From Camelus ferus (taxonomy: Eukaryota), in contig NC_045698.1 in the NCBI RefSeq assembly GCF_009834535.1, forward strand, positions 6,326,001 to 6,390,000: a stretch of 64,000 bases of DNA, given 5' to 3'. The notes under the pieces were generated by a model. It ran no database searches and was not told where the DNA came from. It saw nothing but the letters and a program-made list of their open reading frames with translations. Made by a program: the position numbers and the translations under genes. Every line of letters starts with the position of its first letter. Position 1 is the first letter of the stretch. Below are positions 39,573 through 51,900 of this stretch, one piece after another.

Positions 39573-42500
39573 GCCAAAATCTGGTCCAGTTGCAAGTCCA
39601 GAGACCCAGAGCGCAGTAAAGCTCCGAGCAGCCCAGAGGAGCCAGCTTTGCGCCATCCCCTGGGGAACGTCAGCTGAGAGGGGTCCCTGGGAGAAACCAC
39701 CCTGGACTCTCAGTGTCAGACAGAGGAGCTGCCTTCGCTGTCCCCGCAGAGCAGATCCCGGGGATGAACAATGCTGAGATGTGGGAGCAAAGGGTGCAAC
39801 TGCTTCCTTTCTTTCTGCCTCTCTGTCTCTATCCCCTCCTTCCTCTTTCTCTCTAAAGCTTCTTCTCTGGGATGCTCGTCTCGGTCTCAGCCCCATGGAT
39901 TCTTCATCCCTGCATGACTGAACAACTATCTCTGAGCCAGTCCCCTCTCTGCTCCAGTTTTCTGCTCACCACTTGTTTATGTTCAGTTATAAGCTCGGCT
40001 CTAAGCCCAGCCCGAGGACAGGTGTCCCAGTGTCTCCTGTATCACACAGACTCCCCAGAATGACTGTGAGGGGCACAGAGAACGGTCCTCTCAGCCAGGG
40101 AGGGGCACAGTGCAGCCAATGCCCGGCATCGGGACACAGACCTGAAACACGTGCTGTTGTCCCTGGGGCGCTGTGGTGAGGCCCCCGCGACCAGTCTGCA
40201 AATCCAGGACCTGAAACCCAACCCTCTAGAAGCACCTCTGAGAGCTGCAAGCAGATTCCTCCAAGCATCCTGGAGGCACTGGCTGAATAAAACCCACGGG
40301 GATCTGAGTGTCAAAACATTACAATTCTTACTCTGTAAACACAATGAGGCTATGAAGTTATCTAACAGCAGAAGTAAAATCAAGAGCCTCTGTTTTCCAG
40401 GCCTCCCATCAGTCTGCTAATCTCAGACATTTGGACAAAAAATACCTTTCCAGTTTTCCATTCCTAGGAGAGCCCTTAGAGTTTGAGGATGTTTACATTT
40501 AAAGAAAAGCACATATGCGGATATATACATATATGTTATATTATATTATATAACATATATATATATAATCCTGAGTTCATTAAGAAATGTGTGTCTGAAA
40601 CATCTCCAGTGAACATTATTGATGATGAACTGAATGCTATGAGCATTATGCATGTAATAGTGTATATAATTATACATATAAAATATATGCAGTATTAGTA
40701 AACCATGGCTTAGGTTTATTTTAGGTTGGCTGGTAAACCTGTGACTCGTGATGAAGTTCGAGCACAAAGAGAGCTGCTACGTACGCATAAGGGAGATAAA
40801 AGACCCAGCACCCGTCGTCAAGGGACAGGCGTGTGTTCGCGAGCGCACCCGCAAAGGAGGGGGTGGCGGAGAAAGAGGGTGGGGAAAAGAGAGAGAGAGA
40901 GGAAAGGGGGCAGCCTGCGCAGCAAGGCAGCGTTTAAACAAACGCATTTGAACAAATGCTCAAACCTAAGTGAGCAAGAAAATGTGTCTGTCTTTATTTG
41001 TATCATTCAATCTAATTTTGACTTGGAGACCACAGTTCCCACCCAGCTGGTGGGAAATTCAACCCAATGATGGTTGGGTTCTTGTTCGCCCAGTGAAAGG
41101 CATCCAAGACGTGCACAGAACCAACCCAGTGTCAGGAGAATGGGGGAAGCTTCAGGAAAGGGGACTTCAGCACAAGGTCGCAGCCCCAGCACCCCAAGAT
41201 AAAGTCTCCACCAGCAGAGGGAAGGGCCAACCTTCCTGCAGAGCAGGGACAATCACAGAGGCTTTGCTGCCCTTTGAGACATCCTGGCAATGGGACATGG
41301 TCCGAGACAGAAGTTAGGAGCCAGGGCCTGCTACCACCCATTGAGCAGCAAGGCTCTGATGAGGGTTTAAGTGAAAGATTCTTGGGATAAAGCAAAACAT
41401 TTTACAGCCATGTGGGGGTGGAGGTGGGACGGGGCGCGTGGACGGGGGTCCAGCCAGGGAACTGTCACCTTTTGACTATCGCCACGCTATTGTCACAGGA
41501 CTCACACGTGAGAGAACTAAATCCTATTCAACAGGGGAACGAAGACTCCTGGCTGTTTGTTTATTTTGCTGCTAGATTATTACTCCAAGAAACCAAATTA
41601 ATAACAGTTCAAACATCAATATGCTCACGTGCACTTTGATTTCTTAATGGTGGGGGAAAAAAACAACACATTTTAAAAGATCTTGAATCATTTAAAAGAA
41701 CTAACCATGATCAAAACTTTTCATAGTGTATTTCTGCCCACTTCGTATCTGATTTTCCAGCTGACCGGGATCTAACAAATCTACAGGACTCAGCAGTTCA
41801 GAGAAGGCTCCTCAGCGTGGATTTACGTGCTTGTCCACCATCTGTGCCTCTGCTGGGTTTTCCTGACTCTCTGAAGCATCCCGTCACGTGCGGAGCCTCT
41901 TGAAATTCCAGGTTCCATGTTCCATCGGCACTGGCACCAGCATGTCCAGACCCAGCGGTCTTGCAGGAGCCCCTTCTGTTCCCTGGAAGCCTTTCCTTCC
42001 TCAGTCTGCACCCTGCTCTCCCCCTGTTCATGCACTCTTACCTTCGTGTACAACACCTTCCTCACCTGGATGCTCCAGAACATTCACCCTGGGCTCCTCA
42101 CTGCACCTGGCGTGAGCATCAGGATGCACACGTGACCACACCCCTCTCCTGCCTTGGACCCTCTGCCCCGGGCGTCAATGCTGCACCAAGTCGCCCACGG
42201 GCCGTGCATGGCCTGAGCCTCCTTTCACCTCCAGCTCCCCTCACCTCCACCGAGAGCCCACGATTGCCCTGGGCCCTGAACGTGCAGGTCCTCTGGCTGA
42301 AGTGGCCACCCAGCCATCTTCCTCTGACAGTGTGTGTCCTGGCTCAGACAGCGAGGAGTCTCCTCTGGGCCCCTCCAACAACCCCAGGTGGACGCTGCCT
42401 CTCTTGATGTCCATAAGAACCAACCAGGTCAGGGCGTTCTCCAGCCCTGCATCTGTCTTTCTCCCGGTTCTCTCCACCCCAGAGTCAGACCTCTCCTGGG

Positions 42501-42600
42501 AGCACCAACAGCCATGTTCCTTACATCTGCAGGGCCATCTTCTTTTCTTTTAATGAATGACTACCACAATTATATGCCAAATTGTTTTACTGAGACATAA

Positions 42601-42720
42601 TTTTATTGAGATAGTAATTCTTTATTGAGACATATAACATTGTGTTAGTTTGCTGTGTACAACATGTTGACTGATACTGTCACATGATTGGCACCATAGT
42701 GTCAGCTGACACCTCTTCTC
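42601..42720 (-). mobile_element. Short L1MA-type 3' end
   Basis: ttttattgagacatataacattgtgttagtttgctgtgtacaacatgttga. Confidence 0.55.
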
Positions 42721-43055
42721 AGGTCAGGTAATTTTACTGTACACAGATAAATATGAAACACAAAATAACCATGAAATTGCAAAGAATATATTTCTCTTTG
42801 CAATGCATTAAAACAAAGCAAAAGAAAGCCTCAGTAATCCTGAATTTCAGAGAAGAAATGGTTTGAAGGAGGGGCTAATATGACATGGCTGTGTTCAAGC
42901 AGATTTAATCAGGGACTCCGTGGAGCAAACAAATCCCCAGCAGCCAGCAGCTTGACTGGAAGTGATAAATCCAAACTTCTGGGCTCCATCATGCTCCAGT
43001 CGAATGTTCTGTCCTAGTTACTTGACATAAGGCTGAAGGACACTAGCTCTGGAAC

Positions 43056-43714
43056 TGTGACGGAGCAGGACCCCACAGGGCCTTCCCAGGACAGAGCCCC
43101 CACTATGTCCTTCTCCGCTGGCCTCTTGTTTCTAGAAAAGCTTTAGTCTCCTAGACCTCCCAGAGTCACAAAAGTCTAGCTGAAGAGTTAGTGATTGGAA
43201 CAGGTAGTATCAAAAGATAGCAGCTGGGCCAGGAGAACCAGGGACAATTTAAACAACAGATCAGCCATATGGTAGAGTCACAGAACCTTCAGTTCCTCCC
43301 TGAAGGACATAGATAACAGTGTCTGACACACATTCCTGAGTTGCTTTATGGGCGCTAAAACCCCCACCAGATGGAAGAAGCTAGCTGCATGACGACCAGG
43401 AACACATGGCTCCCAGACAGACTGGAGCCTGACAACTGATGACATTCACCCTTGTGACATCACCCAGTTACCTCACCATCAACCAATCAGAGAACTGTGC
43501 ACGAGATGCTCACACTCCGTGACCCTCTCCCTCACCTGGTCTTTAAAAACCCTTCCCTGAAAGCCATCAGGGAGTCTGCACCTTTCGAGTGTGAGCTGCC
43601 CGGACTCTTGCTTAGACCTGCAGTGAATGCTGCACTTTCCTTCACCACAACCTGGTGTCAGTAAATTGGCTTTACTGCCCGCTGGTGAATGGACCCGGGT
43701 TTGGTTTGGTAACT
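43056..43714 (+). mobile_element. Solo ERV1-class LTR, about 660 bp
   Basis: Begins TGTGAC and ends GGTAAC(T). Contains a CCAAT box (aaccaatcag, ~43481), TATA-like ctttaaaaaccc (~43541), a degenerate polyA signal (agtgaatgc) and U5-like tggtgtcagtaaattggctttactg. Flanks gaac / gagc resemble a 4-bp TSD. Confidence 0.8.
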
Positions 43715-44872
43715 GAGCAAAGTCTTAGCAAAGTTATCTTTTTTTTTTTCTTTCAGTGGCAGAAAGTCAGAGCCTGGCTCACAAGAGACTAAGGAGCAAA
43801 CGAGAGGACACAACGCAGGACTCTGGGAGTCCCTCACAGTGCTCTTACTTGTTTTTGCTTTAGAGAAGTTGCCACAGTTTAATTACTAATTTACTTGTTT
43901 TGTGGCTTCTACACATGACATTATTAGGCACCAGGAGGGCACACACGATCAGTTTTGTCCTCTGGTGTCTGCGAAGTTGCCATCACTGGGGCCTGTGAAG
44001 ATTAATAAATGTGTGATGGATGTGAGATTGAACAAATGAGTGAGGGAAGGAAGGAAAGAAAGAAGAAAAGATGGAGGAAGGCAGGCAACTGTTATGGGGA
44101 AGTCACTGTCACTTGTATATTTGCCAAAAAGACTCCTGAATAATATTTTGGCATTGCAACCTTTAATGAGAGTTACGGGATCAGTCAGGGTGAAGGTGAA
44201 ACGAGACGTTATCTCCCCACTTCCCAAATATTTCAGCAAAATGGTTCATAAACTAAATATGAAGGAAGAAAATCATTTTAATTGGTTTCAGCTGAGAAAA
44301 TACCAGCTCTGAAAATATGCCATGGAAAATAAAACCAGACACACCTTCAAAACACCTGAAATTCAATACTCTAACCAAAGTCAGCTGCAGGAAAAAAAAA
44401 AAAAAAAGCCAGAAATATAGAAAATCTTCTCAGTCAATCTTTAAAATTTTGAGATCAGAAAGAAAAGAAAAAAATGGCACCTCCTGTCAGTCACAGATCA
44501 CTTCCCCAAGGAGAGAGGAGGCGCGTGCGATTCTGGAACCGCAGCATCGGAGCTGACGGCAGGACGGTGGGCTGGCACTGCTTTGCTCCAAATCCTCATA
44601 TTTGCCTTTTTGTGCAAATGTTAACTACTTAATTATGTCATGGACACAAATCTGACAGTCACCTATTTGTAGTTTAGCTCTCAAATGGAAAACTAAAGCT
44701 ACGCGTTGTGAGAGAGACAGAGTTACTGCAAGATTTTTAAGACTGATCAAAACTGATAGGATGGTTATTATTTGAAAGGCATGAAGAGTTCTACTCACAT
44801 GGAAATGTAAATATTGTGCTGAAGAACTTACATCTGCCTAATTTCAGCAGAACAGGAAGTGTGATTCTCTCC

Positions 44873-45043
44873 TAGGGGATTGACAGATTACGTAAAGGAT
44901 GCCCACTTAAACTTGAATTTTAGATAAACCATGAAATTTTTTTTTTTACTATTAGGATATCCAATTCAATACTATTCATGGTTTATCTGAAATTCAAATT
45001 AAAGTGGGCACCCTATATTTTTATTTGTTAAATCTGTCAACCT
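44873..45043. mobile_element. MER53-like palindromic MITE
   Basis: ttgacagatt (44880-44889) / aatctgtcaa (45031-45040) is a perfect inverted pair. The inner arms 44897-44935 and 44975-45013 match at 35/39 positions as reverse complements. Confidence 0.85.
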
Positions 45044-45049
45044 CATTAT

Positions 45050-45155
45050 ATCCACATCTCATTTGATCATCTCAGTAAGCTGGTGAAGATGTAACAAATA
45101 CATGCATGAGTATTCCCACTTTACAGATGAGAAAATTGAGTTTCAGAGAGGAGAA
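45050..45155 (-). mobile_element. MIR SINE fragment
   Basis: atctcatttgatc...tattcccactttacagatgagaaaattgagtttcagagag. Confidence 0.7.
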
Positions 45156-46548
45156 GAACTGATATTTATTTCCTGTGAACTGTACTGTCAAAATCCTGTA
45201 AGGGAGTTGGACATGAAATGGAGGTTCCCTTCAGTGCTAATGAACGAGGTAAAGTAACAAGGAACCCCAAAGCAAACATTAATCAAAAAGCCAGTGTGAT
45301 GCATAGGGAAGGACAGTTTTATTTAGATTGTGTGCATGCTCTTTTTATCCATGAACTCTTCTGGAAGTCATAAAACTTAGCCAGTTGGGAGGTAGCCAGA
45401 CAGAGTCATCATTCTGATCCACTGGAAGCCACCATCTGCTGCCCATGTGAAGGACACGTGTGGGTAGCATCTCCTCCAGAAAGCAATGGATTCTCCTAGT
45501 CACCAGGACCACATGCTTTCTCCCTGTATCACAGTTCAGGCACAGATAGGCAAACACAGTGACTGCCACCCCTGCTCCCTGACACAAGCTACTTAAAGAG
45601 TGAGGCAGGCAAAGCCAGCTCAGATACCTGTCTGTGGATGAACAGAAGTTGTACATACACCTCAAAGGAGGTATTTCTGGGAATGCGAGAAGGGGACAAC
45701 TACTCTCCAAAACAAGGACCATGTAAGACACCATCACCAGACCAGAAAATGAACAAAAAAAGGGCTTCCCTGAAGCACTTGCCAGTGACATGAGAACTCG
45801 CCTTGACACAAATCATCAGATGATTGTAGATCCAAACCCTAATATTGATTTTTGCTGGTGACTGATGAAGTCATGAAAGACCAGAGGCACATCTGATGGC
45901 AGGTAGAAAATACACAGGCAAAACTGGATTCTTGTAATAAGAGAGATACTCATTTCCACCTCAATATTGTGAGCCATTAGGAAAATGACCAAAGGAAAAA
46001 GCAAAGGTCATCAATAAGATGGTTACTAAGGTAAGGCTGGAACACTGTCACATGAAACAGTAATAAATCCAATTTTAGAAGGGACTGCTGGGGAAGACAC
46101 ATTTACCTAATGCTTATCAGAAGACTGGAGTGTTAACCTGAAAAAGACATAGGAAATCTGCCCCCCACAATTCTAACCACAAGAAATGATCCATGAAACA
46201 CTGAAGCTTGATCCACCACCTCCATCCGGAGGAAAATACGTGCGTTTCCCATAGCAAGTGAGTTACCAAGCTCCTTATGGGAAGAGAAAGTGAAACGAGA
46301 ACAAAACCAAACAAGCAAAAATGCAGGTGTTTTTCTGCAAACAATTAAAAAATGTCTAAATGAAAAAATATTCTTAGAGCAGAATGTGGTCCTAAAGAAA
46401 GATGCCAGGACATTCCTAACTAATTTCACAGGAGCAAAGTGACTTGCACATGAGACCTGGGGAAGCAGCAACACAACCATATCTTGAATCCCCACAAAAT
46501 CTCCAAGCACTGGCGCCTGGAGGCGGGAGTCCACACAGTGTGTCTGGA

Positions 46549-46895
46549 CAAGCACCATTCAACAAAAATATAGAACAACCACGTTAAGTAATTAAAAAAT
46601 TTTCTAGTAGCCACATTTTTAAAAAAGGGCAAATGAATTAAATTTAAATTACAAATTTGGATTTAACCCAATGTATCTAAAATATTGTAATATGAAATAT
46701 AATATTTAATCCAATATTTATTAATATATTAATATATAATCCAATATTAATACATTAATATATAATCGATATAAAATTATTGAGATTTTTTTCTTTTTTT
46801 TAATACTAAGTTAATTGAGGGCTCAATTCAGACTACCACATTTCAGGTGTCCAGCAGCCACAGGAGGTATGGCTACGGTATTTGGACAACTTGGA
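46549..46895. mobile_element. MER33/MER3-like hAT-Charlie MITE with an AT-rich internal duplication
   Basis: aaattttctagtagccacattt...atttaacccaatgtatctaaaatatt...ccacatttcaggtgtccagcagccac...ggctacggtatttggaca. Confidence 0.75.
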
Positions 46896-48610
46896 CGTGT
46901 ACAGAGGTGTCCCGGTGCTGCCCTGAAGAGCCAGGTGCCCATCACACCCCAAAAGAGGCAACAACCTCATGACCCACAACATGACAGACTTATCTCACTG
47001 CACCTCACATGTTGAGCGTTGCCATATGATTTCCACTGAACACAGGGTTCCATCTTCACAAATGTTTGAAAATCCTTGCACTAGAGCTTCTACTGCAGGT
47101 AGGACGATGAATGTCCTCAAAGGTTAACTGAAGGCTCTTGGTTATCCAGCCAGTGAGTGTGGCCCTGGGATAGAACCCAGTCCCTAACATCTCACCTGGC
47201 CACCTGGTATCACCCCCTGGCAATTCACCCACAGGAAAATCACAGATGTCCTGTGAGACTGAATGCAATTATTGTCGAATTATTTCAGAACCTTATGGAC
47301 TGCCACAAAGTAATCACAAACATGAAAGAAGATTCTTTCTGGTTTTGTTTGTTTAATTTGTAGAGTTTTCCTCCAATTAGAGCCCAAGCTTGTCCCTACT
47401 CTTTTGGAGGAGAGCTTCTGTATCAAATTTCTGAGAAAACAAATGACCCTAACAGACCTCCCAAACAGAGATGGTAAGGGTGACATGATTTTTCATCATC
47501 CACAGTCTGAATAATTGACATATTAAATCTGGTACAAACAGGAAAAAACAATGATATATTTATACCACAATTAAACACAGGAAAAGAGTGGCATGGATGT
47601 AAACTTGACGTAAAAACAGAAAAATATAGGCCACCTTCATTTTCCTAATTCAGTCAATATTCTGAATCCAATAAGGTAAGCCCCTGGGGACGATATGAGA
47701 GACTCAACTGGTGTGGCCACTCTAAATGCAAATCATCTACCACTAGTATGTTCTCCAAACTAAAATTTTAAGCAGTCATAGGACATTCAAGTAGAAAGGG
47801 ACCTACAACAATATTTTGAATTGTGCAGGTGAGGAAAGCAAAGCCCAGAAAGGTTGAGTTCCAAAGGGCAGACTATTGGGCCAAAATTTCGGTCCTCTTC
47901 ATATCAATCAAGTGCTGGTTTCTAAATTTTTTAAGTTATTTTTGTTTTGAAAGTGTGGACATTATTATACGTAATCTCTATAAGGGTGTACCAGTAATAG
48001 TATGGCTGGTGAGTCTCTAAAAGATCAGGTGAACTGCTAAAACAGTGTATTAAAGAGGTAGTTGTTATTCAAGACAAAGACTGAGCTGTGCTTTGTGGAC
48101 ATGCTTGTCTTATCACAGAATTCACTACACAAATAACTAATGTATAAGTGGTGCCGAGCCCAGGCTAGATCTGACTTCTCTACCAGGCTAGGGACTCTTG
48201 TTTCCATGAGCTCAGGAAGCAAATAAGAGAATAAACTCATGAAAAATGTCCAGAATATTCTATTTCAGTTTTTTTTAAAAAATGGGTTTAAAGTGACAAA
48301 AGATTTGTTTAAGCAAAAAAGAAAAAATTACCATAAAAATAAGACTCTTAGACCACCAATGCCTATGTGTAACGTAAGCTCTACACAATATGAATTCTAA
48401 GGCACATAATTTAGTTATTAGTGGTTGAAAATTAACTCTGTTTTTGACTTTGGGAGAAAATAGCTGGTATTTCTACATTTCAAAGTTCAGTTTGCTAACT
48501 AACCCGGATTCAGTAGTATAAACAAGATTCTGTTCTATATTTTTCTAAGGACAGTCAAGTATAACAATCTCTCATTTGGTATGAAATATACCTTATAATA
48601 AGATACGGAT

Positions 48611-48997
48611 TATCATGGGGTGAATTGTGACCCTTCAAAATTCCTCCATTTAAGTCTTAATTCCTAATACCTCAGAATGTGACTGCCTTTGCAGACAGGG
48701 CCCTTAAAGAGGTAATTAAGGTAAAATGAAGTCACATAGATGGTTCCTAATCTAATGTGAAAGGTGTCTTTATAAGAAGAGGAAATTAAGACACAGACAC
48801 GTGCACCAACGTGTAAAAATACATTTAGAAGGTGTTCATCTGCAAGCCAAGGGGAGAGGTCTCAGAAGAAATGAACCCTGCCAACACCTTGATCTCGAAC
48901 TTCTAGCCTCCAGAACTGCGATAACTAATCCGTTGTTTCATCCACCCAATCTGTAGAACTTTGCTATCTTTGTTAAGGCAGCCTGAGCAGACTAGCA
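48611..48997 (+). mobile_element. MaLR solo LTR (MLT1A/B-like)
   Basis: cctcagaatgtgactgcctttgcagacagggcccttaaagaggtaattaagg...ccaacaccttgatctcgaacttctagcctccagaactg. Confidence 0.85.
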
Positions 48998-51900
48998 GAG
49001 GGACCCTATGTCAAGAGTAGGATGATTCTGTCACCCAGATAACTTGCTCAGAGCAATTTCAAAACTAGGCTGTAAATTATTTTTCCATACTTTCCTAAGA
49101 CATTAGGACTCAAATTCTAATGCAAAGGCATTATAAATTATGTTAGCCAATTTTCTTTTTATCTTATATGATCACAACATAAGATTTCTATTAGTAAAAG
49201 CCTAGTATTTTCAAATATTGTCACTTATTTCACTTAATCCCCTGTACATATGATTCTGAGCTATAAAAGCAGCAGGAGATGATACAGAACATGTCACATT
49301 GTAAAAAACTGATGCAGCTTGATAAAGATTATAAAATAATTCAATAGCAGAAGCCTTGTTCACAACCTTTATGCTAATAATCCTGGTGATCTTTGGGGTA
49401 AAATTAGAGGAAACAAAATGAGCTTTCCAGTACCCAAGGAAAAGGTCACTGATTATAGTGAATTTCTTTTTGGATGATGTCAAGAATTTTAGTCTCACTG
49501 AAATTTCAGGAATTTATGAAAATAATCTCTTCCTTTTTTTTTTTTTTTTTTTTTGGGAAAGAAGGAAAGCAGAAAGGAAGGGGTGAGGGGGAGAGGGAAG
49601 GAAAAGAAACATGATCAGCTCAATATAACATTTACTGCTGCTATGAATAAAAATAATCATTTTTTATTTTTCGTACTTGTATGTGTTCAGACAGCCTTCT
49701 GCAGCTCATTAAAGCTTGAACAATGAAACGATATTTAAAGTGAAAGTCATTATGCCCTATGAGTATAGTGGCTTCAATGCTAATGAACTTGAGAACCCTG
49801 AACGATGAAAAAGGCCCAGAGAAATTAATTTTTCTTGAGAACAGCAGCCCAAAGCACTGCCAAAACACAGAATAAATACATATTTCCTCTAAGTTGCAAT
49901 AAAACACTTCGGAGGGTGGGATTGTACCAGATTTGATAGATATAAAATTTTCGTCTTAAGAAAAGAAAAAGTCACACCAGGAAACAGAGAGAGGGCTAGC
50001 TCCGGAAAATGGGATCTAAAAATGCACGATTGCTGCAAAGCCTTGGGCGGACACATCTTTTATCTTGACTCCGTGTTCCTCTTATTACTTTTCTAAGTTT
50101 TGTTGTATTTTAAAGGGATGTTTATGATTCGGCTGGCCGTGTGCTGAATCCAGCATTGAAATTAAACTTGTGAGCAGACCAGGTGGCAATTCTGATGACA
50201 GTTGCTTGTGGCAGGGCCACTAAACGGAGCAGCTAAATTCCTTTATTTCCAATTGTGCATTTGCCTCTGATGCTCTGTTGCTGTATCCGAGAGACATTTT
50301 TAGTGTTTGTCTCATGGACCCAGAGTTACTGCAGAGCAAAAGGAAACCTTTTGTATTTGCACCCCTTACTGTTCCAAGCATTTATCAGCGAGGTAATGAT
50401 GAAATGCCCTCTTCCACTCACTGGGCAGCACGTTGCCATAGCAACAGATCATTACGCAAAGTTCATCAACTCAGCCCGTTGTTACTCCAAAGTGGCAGAC
50501 AGCTAATGTTTCGAAAGTTCTTTCTTTTAACCCATAATTGAGCAAATGAATTAAATTGGTCTTGGCACTGGGAGCCCAGCATCCCATTTATATAGTAAAG
50601 GGGAATTAAGAGAAGAAAACAGCCCTCCTTGGCTAGTGTATGCGCAAAAAGGAGATTTTAATTAACTCCGTTCATCAGACTCAACTAATGGCTTACTTTT
50701 TTTCTCAAAAAGGATATGCTAGCCAGCTTAAATGTCCTAGTCATAAATTATATGCAACATTCTTTCATCCCAAAGTATTAATTTAAACCATATTCCTGTA
50801 TCCTCACCCTCAGGCATATACGTTCCAGGGAGTCAGGTGCTGGGGGGCCTGTCTTATTCACTGGGATCTCACTGGCATCTAGAACAGTGCCTGGCACACA
50901 GTAGGTGCTCAAGTAGAGCACATGCACGGTTCTGTGTGTGGACCAGTGTGTTAGACTCCTGTCTCCAGGTCACACTCATCTCTGGGTCTCCTTCACTCCG
51001 GGGCCCAGCTCACAGGCCAGAACCATGCAGTGAGCTTAGCTACACAGGAGGCTTGGATGGTGCCTGGCAGGCACGGGACATTATGTAAGAATTCGATATT
51101 ATAATTTTATAACTATTTTTAGTGTATACATTAGAAGCCCTACTCAAGTTCTGTCTAAAATGAGCAAGCCCCCTGCCTCTGTCAGTACTGGCCACAAATA
51201 AAGCAGAGGGGGAGATGACGGCTCTATTACAACCACCACCACTGCCTGACTGAAAAACAAAACACTCCTCTAAGAGCTCTGAATCACAAGGTGGTGCTTA
51301 CAGGAAATTTACCACTGGAGTTTCCTGTGAAAGAAACCATATTACATTCAAAACAAGAGTACAATTAGTAGCATCCTCTGGGGATCTTTCCTAAAGCTCA
51401 CAGCTAGCCCCACAGCTTAATTCTAATGCTCATCCTCCTGCTAAGGAGGCAATTCAAGTTTCTAGAAGGAAATTACTTGCCTTGGATTTATTGCATCTAA
51501 ATTACAAAGCAACCACCCAGTTGGCAAAGTTGGCAGCCATTCTCTGGCAGCCACCAGGCAGGAACACAGAGTCTAAATCACCTCTCGCCCCCAGTGGTGA
51601 AATTTATCCTGTGTCTGATTCCATTAGGGGTGGACTGAGACGGCGGAGAAAAATCCACCCTAAGCACTTCTGTGCTTTTGCAACAATAATTTAAAAGAAA
51701 AAAGAGAGCTCGATCTAGTCAATGGAACAAGACAATTATTTGGTCATTTTTTTCTGAATTGCTGCATTACACTAATTATGAACTCTTGGCTGAGATTCCA
51801 GGCTATTTGATAGCTTGACTTTTCACATTTTTTTTTCAAGTATGATCTCATCCATTCCTATCGCTTCAAAGCCAATCCGAGGTCTCCATTACTGACTCAA

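Noticed and set aside
41413..41450. G-quadruplex motif
   Set aside because: Four G-runs are present but one loop is 9 nt, and there is no functional context. Such motifs are common.
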